A DNA stretch of 12,526 bases from contig JAOZPT010000063.1 of assembly GCA_029932605.1 (NCBI GenBank), positions 1 through 12,526 of the forward strand, read 5' to 3'. Origin of the DNA: Candidatus Zixiibacteriota bacterium. GTDB taxonomy: Bacteria; Zixibacteria; MSB-5A5; UBA10806; 4484-95. The stretch's first letter is position 1; the number at the start of each line of letters is the position of its first letter. The notes beneath the pieces were generated by a model. The model did not search any database. It was given only the letters and a program-made list of their open reading frames with translations, and was not told where the DNA came from. Position numbers and translations under genes: made by a program. This document shows, piece after piece, positions 1 through 6,344 of this stretch.

Positions 1-19
1 GTTTTGTTCTAAGGTTGTT

Positions 20-47
20 AAAGCCCGCCTTTTGGCGGGCTTTTTTT
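20..47 (+). terminator. Intrinsic (Rho-independent) terminator of an upstream transcript
   Basis: Perfect stem AAAGCCCGCC (20-29) / GGCGGGCTTT (34-43), TTTT loop, T7 tract at 41-47. Confidence 0.9.
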
Positions 48-48
48 A

Positions 49-76
49 TTGACAGAAATATATGAATAATTATATT
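49..76 (+). promoter_or_regulatory. Putative sigma70-type promoter for the fibre operon
   Basis: TTGACA (49-54), 16-nt spacer, TATATT (71-76), directly after the terminator. A strong RBS GGGAGGAG lies at 161-168, before ATG 171. Confidence 0.6.
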
Positions 77-170
77 AAAAAAGTAAGCCTCTTTTTAAGG
101 GCAGCCTTGACTTGGTAGTATTTTGGAAATTGACTTAAGTATCAGTTTTAATCCTTAAACGGGAGGAGTT

Positions 171-3100
171 ATGGTTTTCAACAACAGGTTTGTAAGCGGC
201 CTGTTTGCGGTCGGTTTTATCGTTATAATTGCTGGCATTGCCAGTGCTCAGACCGCAAAGACTGGCGATTTTAAAACAGGGGGAGACACACCAGAAATCA
301 TTACCTCGGTTCCTCGAACGATGACCTACCAGGGGATACTGAAGGACAATGAGGGGAATCCCTATGATGGGGTACTTACAGTAGAGTTTAAGATTTATAA
401 TGTTGAATCAGGAGGTTCCTCACTTTGGTATGAACCACAGGATATAGAATTTGTCGACGGATACTTCACTGTTGAATTAGGAACAATAAATCCATTGAAT
501 CTATCTTTTGATGAGGATTACTGGCTTGAGATTATAATCGGGAGCGATATTCTCTTTCCACGCCAGAAGCTGAACATGTCGGCGTATTCGGCTCGCACCG
601 ACACCAGCGATTATGCATTTAACGCCGATTTACTCGATGGGATGGACTCAGGTGATTTTGCCTTGGTCAACCATAACCACGATGATGACTACGTTAACGA
701 GAATCAACCAAACTCTATATCCAGTGATATGATTATTGATGAGACGATACAGTTTGTTGACATCGGTCAGAATGGTGCGGATATCGATCAGGTGATGAAA
801 TGGAACGGAAGTGGCTGGATTGCCAGCGATGATGAAGTTGGTGTTGGAGGTGGTGGTTGGGCAGATGATGGCACAGTTGTAAGATTGGAAACAGATTCTG
901 ACTCTGTTGGTATAGGAACAACCAGCCCGTCTGAGAAATTGGAAATTGAGGGTAACATTCTGATAAACGGTAAAGCAACAATTGGCTCAGGCCATATAAA
1001 CACTGGAACCTATGCAACAGTTAGTGGAGGAGGTAACAACACGGCCAGCGGACATTATAGCATAATTGGCGGAGGCAGACTAAATATGTCAAAAGCCCAA
1101 TTCAGTGGGGTATTTTCGGGCTATTCAAATTTAGCCGGTGATGAAGAAGCTGACACTGCCGCTTTTGTCGGTGGAGGTTCAAATAACTCAGCTTTTGCTA
1201 AATACTCTACAGTCAGTGGTGGTGATAGTTGTACTGCCAGTGGGGACTACAGTACAGTCGCTGGTGGACAATATAATACTGCAAGCAATATAGGGGCTGC
1301 TGTAAGCGGTGGATACCTCAACACTGCTAGTGGAGGTCATAGCGTAATCGGCGGAGGCAACTTCAATGTTAATGAAGGCAATTACTCGGTCATTCCCGGA
1401 GGATATGCAGACACTATAACAACATCAGCCCTCATGTCTTACCTTTTCGGTATAGGCAGTAAACTAACAGGCGATTCTACTTTTATGGTCGATATGCCCC
1501 ATATCAGGTTTGGCGATGAAGCAACTGGCTATGAATTCCCCACCTCAGACGGTGAAAGCGATCAAGTGATGGCCACTGATGGTAATGGCCAGTTGAGCTG
1601 GGTTGATGTTTCTTCTGGTGGCGGTGGCTGGACAGATGATGGTACAGTAGTTAGACTTGAAACCATTGATGATTCAGTAGGCATTGGAACAACATCACCA
1701 ACGGAAAAACTTGATGTTTCAGGCAATATCAAGGCCAGCGGCACGATAACAAGCGGAAGTTCTATCACTATCGATGGCGTTAACAACGAGATTACCTCAA
1801 CCACCGGAACAATTGATTTTGATGATGAGAACCTTGTTACATCCGGCAAAGCGACGATTGGTCCCAACCATACTAATACCGGCGGTAATGCGTTTGTAGC
1901 TGGAAGTAACAACACCACAAGTGGTGCTCAGTCGACTGTTGGCGGAGGTTACATGAATACCGCCAGCCAACAAGCGTGTGTAGTAGGTGGTGGCCAGCAA
2001 AATGAGGCAAGCGGCTCTTACTCTACTGTAGCAGGTGGACTGATGAGCACAGCCAGTGGTTATATTAGCACTGTCGGTGGTGGGAAATACTGCAAGGCTC
2101 GCGGCCAGTATTCGGTTGTTAGCGGTGGTGGTGGTATAACCGAAGCTGATTCCAACTCGGCAATAGGAGATTATTCCACTATAGGGGGTGGTACAAAAAA
2201 CATTGCAAGTGCATACTATGCTACTATTGCAGGCGGGTCTGGTAACACAGCGACTTCAAACAGCAGCACGGTCGGTGGTGGTGGTTACAACAATGCTACC
2301 GACTACGCAGCCACGGTAGGTGGCGGGAATTATAACAACGCCAACGGTTATGCCAGCACGGTCGGTGGAGGAAGATCGAACTATGCTAGCGGAAGAAGTA
2401 GTACCGTAGCTGGAGGTGAGCAAAGCACCGCTAATGGGGATTATGCTACTGTGGATGGTGGATTTCGAAATTATGCTATTGGTAATTATGCATTAGCTGG
2501 TGGCGGTTCTCACAACTATGCCCGCGGTCAATATTCAGTTATATGTGGAGGTGGTGGAAGCTCGGCAGCTGATTCCAACTCAGCAAGTGGCACATTATCC
2601 TTTATAGGTGGAGGTTCAAGGAACAGTGCTACCAACACTGCATCCGCTATTTGTGGAGGTGCTAATAATATCGCCAGCGGTTTTGAAAGCATGGTTGGCG
2701 GAGGGTATGGCAACACCGCAAGTGGACTCTACAGCACAGTCGGTGCAGGGTATAACAACACTGCAAGCGGTGCCTACAGCACAGTCAGCGGTGGGTATAG
2801 CAACATTTCAAGCGGAGACTCCAGCACAGTAAGCGGCGGAACCTTTAATACTGCAGGCGGATATGCCTCCTCAGTATGTGGAGGGCACCGCAACTTAAAT
2901 GAAGGCAATAATAGTGTGATTCTCGGAGGTCTTCATGACACCTTGACTTCAAGCGCTAGTGTTTCCATGGCTTTTGGGTTCCGGGTATATGTCAATAACT
3001 CCCGGAAGGTGGTATTCTTCAACGATTACTACTCCGGTTATTTTGGATTAAACCGTGATGATAACGATGGCGGAATCAACTACCCCATCCATGTAGGCAC

Positions 3101-3464
3101 CAGGACCACAAACGGCAACGGCGCTTATCTTTCCTACGGTGGCACCTGGACTAACTCCTCCAGCAAAACATTCAAGGAAAATTTCCAGCCCTTAAACAGA
3201 CAACAGCTCTTGGATAGAATCTCCCAACTGCCAGTCGGCTCTTGGCAATACAAAGACTCTCAGGAACGACATATCGGACCATATGCCGAGGATTTCGTTT
3301 CGGCGTTCGATGTCGGCACAATCAGAGAGGACGGCAAACGCGAGAACATGTATCTTGCGGCAGGCGATGTTGCTGGTGTGGCGTTGGCAGGAGTAAAAGC
3401 CTTATTGGAGAGGATAGAGCAATTAGAAAAGCGTATTGCAGAACTTGAAGCAGAAAAAAGGTAG
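171..3464 (+). CDS. Secreted trimeric tail-fibre-like adhesin with C-terminal peptidase S74 intramolecular chaperone
   Basis: Sec signal peptide (..IASA/Q); N-terminal 'PRTMTYQG..FKIY..LW..GYFTVELG' domain; fibre motif ADLLDGMDSGDF..HNH; two 'VGIGTTSP.EKL' segments; many 14-aa N.ASG.YSTVGGG repeats (YadA-head-like beta-roll); C-terminal 'SSKTFKENF..W.YK..HIGPYAED' followed by a coiled coil, typical of S74 chaperones. Confidence 0.85.
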   Translation: MVFNNRFVSGLFAVGFIVIIAGIASAQTAKTGDFKTGGDTPEIITSVPRTMTYQGILKDNEGNPYDGVLTVEFKIYNVESGGSSLWYEPQDIEFVDGYFTVELGTINPLNLSFDEDYWLEIIIGSDILFPRQKLNMSAYSARTDTSDYAFNADLLDGMDSGDFALVNHNHDDDYVNENQPNSISSDMIIDETIQFVDIGQNGADIDQVMKWNGSGWIASDDEVGVGGGGWADDGTVVRLETDSDSVGIGTTSPSEKLEIEGNILINGKATIGSGHINTGTYATVSGGGNNTASGHYSIIGGGRLNMSKAQFSGVFSGYSNLAGDEEADTAAFVGGGSNNSAFAKYSTVSGGDSCTASGDYSTVAGGQYNTASNIGAAVSGGYLNTASGGHSVIGGGNFNVNEGNYSVIPGGYADTITTSALMSYLFGIGSKLTGDSTFMVDMPHIRFGDEATGYEFPTSDGESDQVMATDGNGQLSWVDVSSGGGGWTDDGTVVRLETIDDSVGIGTTSPTEKLDVSGNIKASGTITSGSSITIDGVNNEITSTTGTIDFDDENLVTSGKATIGPNHTNTGGNAFVAGSNNTTSGAQSTVGGGYMNTASQQACVVGGGQQNEASGSYSTVAGGLMSTASGYISTVGGGKYCKARGQYSVVSGGGGITEADSNSAIGDYSTIGGGTKNIASAYYATIAGGSGNTATSNSSTVGGGGYNNATDYAATVGGGNYNNANGYASTVGGGRSNYASGRSSTVAGGEQSTANGDYATVDGGFRNYAIGNYALAGGGSHNYARGQYSVICGGGGSSAADSNSASGTLSFIGGGSRNSATNTASAICGGANNIASGFESMVGGGYGNTASGLYSTVGAGYNNTASGAYSTVSGGYSNISSGDSSTVSGGTFNTAGGYASSVCGGHRNLNEGNNSVILGGLHDTLTSSASVSMAFGFRVYVNNSRKVVFFNDYYSGYFGLNRDDNDGGINYPIHVGTRTTNGNGAYLSYGGTWTNSSSKTFKENFQPLNRQQLLDRISQLPVGSWQYKDSQERHIGPYAEDFVSAFDVGTIREDGKRENMYLAAGDVAGVALAGVKALLERIEQLEKRIAELEAEKR
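846..959 (+). repeat. Internal duplication copy 1 (GGGGW.DDGTVVRLET..DSVGIGTTSP.EKL...GNI)
   Basis: 31/38 aa identical to copy 2 at 1617-1730 (offset 771 bp). Confidence 0.9.
1617..1730 (+). repeat. Internal duplication copy 2
   Basis: Matches 846-959 at 31/38 aa. Confidence 0.9.
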
Positions 3465-3475
3465 AGGGGGTTACC

Positions 3476-4021
3476 ATGAATATTTACAAAATACTGATAA
3501 TGGTGTTATCGATAACATCTGTAGCAGTAACCCAAAATTACCAGATCGATTGGTATGTCATCGCTTCCGGTGGGGGTCATACGGAGTCAAGCAGTTATCA
3601 GATCGATGGCACAATAGGCCAGCCGATAGTGGGGAGCTCATCGTCGGCTGTTTATCAAATCGAAGCAGGCTTCTGGGTTGGCTTTGGTGAAGCTGGTGCA
3701 TGTGACTATGTCCCCGGTGATGCTAATGGTGACGGCAATGTCATGGGCAACGATGTCACCTACAGCGTGCGCTACTTTAAGGGTCTTGGCGCTCCTCCTC
3801 CTGATAGTTGCCCTTATAATGGTGGTTGGTTATATTCTGCCGGTGATGCCAACGGCAACTGTGCATATACCGGCTCTGATGTGACTTTCCTGGTTGGATT
3901 CTTTAAGGGAATCAACCCGTCTGTCCTCTACTGTCCTGATACGCCACCGGCTGGTGGACCGGTATTTTTGGTTGGAAGCAGAGAAAACAAACAGTTGATT
4001 ACTAAGGAGAATAACAGGTAA
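3476..4021 (+). CDS. Small secreted fibre-partner protein with C-terminal dockerin-like domain
   Basis: Starts 11 bp after the fibre stop, with RBS-like GAGGGGG. Signal peptide; about 50-aa 'YQIDWYVIASGGG..YQIDGTIGQ..YQIEAGFW' domain; then two Ca-loop repeats GDANGDGNVMGNDV and GDANGNCAYTGSDV. Confidence 0.85.
   Translation: MNIYKILIMVLSITSVAVTQNYQIDWYVIASGGGHTESSSYQIDGTIGQPIVGSSSSAVYQIEAGFWVGFGEAGACDYVPGDANGDGNVMGNDVTYSVRYFKGLGAPPPDSCPYNGGWLYSAGDANGNCAYTGSDVTFLVGFFKGINPSVLYCPDTPPAGGPVFLVGSRENKQLITKENNR
3701..3954 (+). repeat. Dockerin-like cassette copy 1
   Basis: Manual codon alignment to 5820-6073 gives 27 mismatches in 254 nt (about 89% identity), no indels, mostly synonymous. Confidence 0.95.
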
Positions 4022-4081
4022 AGACGTGAATAAGTAGTTATGCACTTGAATCTTATAGTCTATTGTAGCCCCCGCATGGGT

Positions 4082-4226
4082 CTGTCTTAAAAGTATAATT
4101 TACCAGTCCTTGCGAAGAACAAAGTGACGAAGCGATCTATGTAACCTATGAGATCGCCTCGACACGCTCGCAAAGACTATTGTTGTAAGTCCACTATAAA
4201 ACTCAATATTTTGACTTTTGAGATAG
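4082..4226. mobile_element. Putative MITE/REP-like nested palindromic element
   Basis: Outer IR CTGTCTTAAAAGT (4082-4094) / ACTTTTGAGATAG (4214-4226), 11/13. Inner IRs AGTCCTTGCGA (4105-4115) / TCGCAAAGACT (4168-4178) and CGAAGCGATCT (4128-4138) / AGATCGCCTCG (4151-4161), 10/11 each. No transposase in the window. Confidence 0.6.
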
Positions 4227-4230
4227 TTTT
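4186..4230 (-). repeat. 45-bp inverted repeat, left copy
   Basis: Its reverse complement matches 6171-6215 at 37/45 nt without gaps. Confidence 0.85.
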
Positions 4231-4242
4231 ATAGGGGGATTT

Positions 4243-4276
4243 TTTGTCTTGACAAATAAATTTTAATATATATTAT
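4243..4276 (+). promoter_or_regulatory. Putative sigma70-type promoter with a palindrome over the -35 box
   Basis: TTGACA (4249-4254), 16 nt, TATTAT (4271-4276). Palindrome TTTGTC-TT-GACAAA at 4243-4256. RBS AAGGAG at 4371-4376. Confidence 0.55.
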
Positions 4277-4382
4277 TATATTAGTATTGGCGAACTTAGC
4301 GCCTTTAAAGAAATGATTATCAACTTTAAATATTATCTTTCAAATCACAATATAATGTTATAGCTATAGAAAGGAGTGCAAC

Positions 4383-6131
4383 ATGGTGAGGTTATTGTCT
4401 ATAAGGCTGATGTTTGTATTGGCGCTGTTAGTATTTATGAGTGCTGGCGGTTGGGCGCAGTGGCCAGAAGACCCGGCGTTAAATATGATTATAAGCGATC
4501 AGGTTGGCGCTCAGGTGATATCAAAAGTCGCCGCAACATCAGATGGTGGTTGCTATGTCAGTTGGTATAGTAATGCCTCAGGTAATTACGACCTTTATCT
4601 GCAGAAGCTAAACGGGGACGGAGAGATTCAGTGGGTTGATAATGGATTGCTCATCAGCAATCATCCACAGGAAACATGGCTCACCGACTATGATATGACT
4701 GTAGATGGTGAGGACCATGCTATAATCGTATTTAATGACATTCGCAATGGTGGCGATTGGGATATTTACGCTTACCGTATCAGTCCTGATGGTGATTTTG
4801 TTTGGGGTGCTGATGGGTTGACGATTTCAGATAACGATGGTTTTGAACCTGACCCAAGAGTTACTATCACTTCAAATGGTAATGTTGTCATCGCCTGGAA
4901 GGAAGATGATATGGTCCATTTACGCAAGCTTACATTAGCTGGTGATGACTTCTGGGACCCTTCAACTATTACCCTTACGTCCACCTATGGTCTTTCGGCT
5001 CCACGGGTTGTTCCTGCGGAAAATGATGGTATAATCTTACAACTTATGGTGGCTAGTGGTCCAAACTGGTGGGACCCTCAGCATATTTATGCCCATAAAT
5101 TCGATTCAGATGGTGTTGAGCAATGGGGAACAAATGGTGTAGCTGTTATGACTACAGGGGGTATTGCAGCTTATATGAAGCCGGATATTGTCACTGATGA
5201 AAATGGCGGCGCTTATTCATTCTGGTATGATACCCGGAACCTTGAGCACCATGTTTACGTCCAACACATTCTTACAGATGGTTCCATGGACTGGACAACA
5301 AACGGAGTCCGGGTCTCTTTAGCCTCTGCTCAATTGCAAATGGACCCTTCGCTGGTTTTCGAGCCAGAAACTGGTGATATCCTTGTTTTCTATAAAGCTA
5401 CAGACCTTAGCCAGACAATCTTTGGTGTTTATGGGCAGAAATTAAACACCAATGGAGAGCGGCAATGGGGTGATGGTGGAGTTGTCCTTGCCCTGATGAA
5501 TAGCCAGGACCATTGGGATATCTATGGTTCAAAACAGGATGATGGCGCAATCGTAACTTATTTTGAATATCTTCCCGGGAGTGCTGTTAACAGCCTTGTC
5601 AAGGCTATCGGTATCAATGATGATGGTGTAATAATCTGGGATCCATCGCCTGTGGAAATGTCCACTGTTATTAGTGAAAAAATGCATATGGCAATAGCTG
5701 TTAACATAAACAATCAGGTTATAGCAACCTGGACTGACTCAAGGATTGATGATAGTGGTGATGTTTATCTGCAGAATATCAATCCTGATGGTACTCTTGG
5801 ACCGTTGTTTTCTCCCGGTTGTGACTATGTCCCCGGTGATGCCAATGGTGACGGCAATGTCATGGGTAACGATGTCACCTACAGCGTGCGCTACTTTAAA
5901 GGTCTTGGTAATCCTCCTCCTGATAGTTGCCCTTATAATGGTGGCTGGTTGTATTCAGCTGGTGATGCCAACGGCAACTGTTCCTATGCTGGCTCTGACG
6001 TGACCTTCCTTGTCGGATTCTTTAAGGGCATAAACCAGACTATTCTCTGGTGTCCTGATACGCCACCAGCTGGACTTGTAGTATTGGGTGAAAACAAGGA
6101 TGGTATGCCGGCTGTTTTGCCTGGAAAATAA
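4383..6131 (+). CDS. Secreted beta-propeller-like repeat protein with C-terminal dockerin-like domain
   Basis: Signal peptide (..GGWA/QW); about 8 repeats of the 'D.Y.Q.l..DG...W..nG..i' type (e.g. DLYLQKLNGDGEIQW, DIYAYRISPDGDFVW, HIYAHKFDSDGVEQW, GVYGQKLNTNGERQW, DVYLQNINPDG); tail nearly identical to that of 3476-4021. Confidence 0.85.
   Translation: MVRLLSIRLMFVLALLVFMSAGGWAQWPEDPALNMIISDQVGAQVISKVAATSDGGCYVSWYSNASGNYDLYLQKLNGDGEIQWVDNGLLISNHPQETWLTDYDMTVDGEDHAIIVFNDIRNGGDWDIYAYRISPDGDFVWGADGLTISDNDGFEPDPRVTITSNGNVVIAWKEDDMVHLRKLTLAGDDFWDPSTITLTSTYGLSAPRVVPAENDGIILQLMVASGPNWWDPQHIYAHKFDSDGVEQWGTNGVAVMTTGGIAAYMKPDIVTDENGGAYSFWYDTRNLEHHVYVQHILTDGSMDWTTNGVRVSLASAQLQMDPSLVFEPETGDILVFYKATDLSQTIFGVYGQKLNTNGERQWGDGGVVLALMNSQDHWDIYGSKQDDGAIVTYFEYLPGSAVNSLVKAIGINDDGVIIWDPSPVEMSTVISEKMHMAIAVNINNQVIATWTDSRIDDSGDVYLQNINPDGTLGPLFSPGCDYVPGDANGDGNVMGNDVTYSVRYFKGLGNPPPDSCPYNGGWLYSAGDANGNCSYAGSDVTFLVGFFKGINQTILWCPDTPPAGLVVLGENKDGMPAVLPGK
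5820..6073 (+). repeat. Dockerin-like cassette copy 2
   Basis: About 89% nt identity to 3701-3954. Confidence 0.95.
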
Positions 6132-6170
6132 TCATATACCCATCTCGTAAACAGATATAAGGCGGTCACA

Positions 6171-6215
6171 AGAACTGACTTAAAAGTCGAAATGTTGAGT
6201 TTTATGGTGGAGTTA
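6171..6215 (+). repeat. 45-bp inverted repeat, right copy
   Basis: 37/45 match to the reverse complement of 4186-4230. It contains CTGACTTAAAAGT (6175-6187), 12/13 identical to 4082-4094. Confidence 0.85.
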
Positions 6216-6309
6216 ACTTTTGCTATTTTTTGTAAAATTTCAACGGAAGATTAACAGAATCAGATATTGGTGAAATTTTATTTTTCTTGAAGGCAGGTGC
6301 AACATATAT

Positions 6310-6329
6310 CCCCTATAATATTATCGGGG
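6310..6329. terminator. Possible hairpin/terminator between convergent genes
   Basis: CCCC-T-ATAA-TA-TTAT-C-GGGG imperfect hairpin 15 bp beyond the stop of the 6345-7448 gene; no good U tract. Confidence 0.3.
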
Positions 6330-6344
6330 TAAAATGATTTTTCT

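Noticed and set aside
733..2832. Short alternative-frame and antisense ORFs within the fibre gene (733-1017, 788-1003, 1562-1918, 1797-2000, 2528-2716, 2608-2832)
   Set aside because: Shadow ORFs arising from Gly/Ser/Thr codon bias, with no recognisable domains.
1860..2930. CRISPR-like or tandem DNA array (about 42-bp periodicity)
   Set aside because: The periodicity reflects degenerate 14-aa protein repeats inside an ORF. There are no identical direct repeats with unique spacers and no cas genes.
171..3464. Prophage tail-fibre gene or classical trimeric autotransporter
   Set aside because: It has a Sec signal peptide and a host-type promoter with no phage genes nearby, and it lacks a C-terminal YadA beta-barrel anchor.
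3701..6073. Diversity-generating retroelement TR/VR pair (two near-identical repeats at gene 3' ends, near a fibre gene)
   Set aside because: Mismatches are mostly synonymous (many C/T) rather than adenine-specific, both copies are coding, and no reverse transcriptase is present.
3242..6169. Overlapping small ORFs, including the similar pair 3678-3884 and 5746-6003
   Set aside because: They are out-of-frame or antisense readings of real genes. The similarity of the pair simply mirrors the duplicated dockerin DNA.
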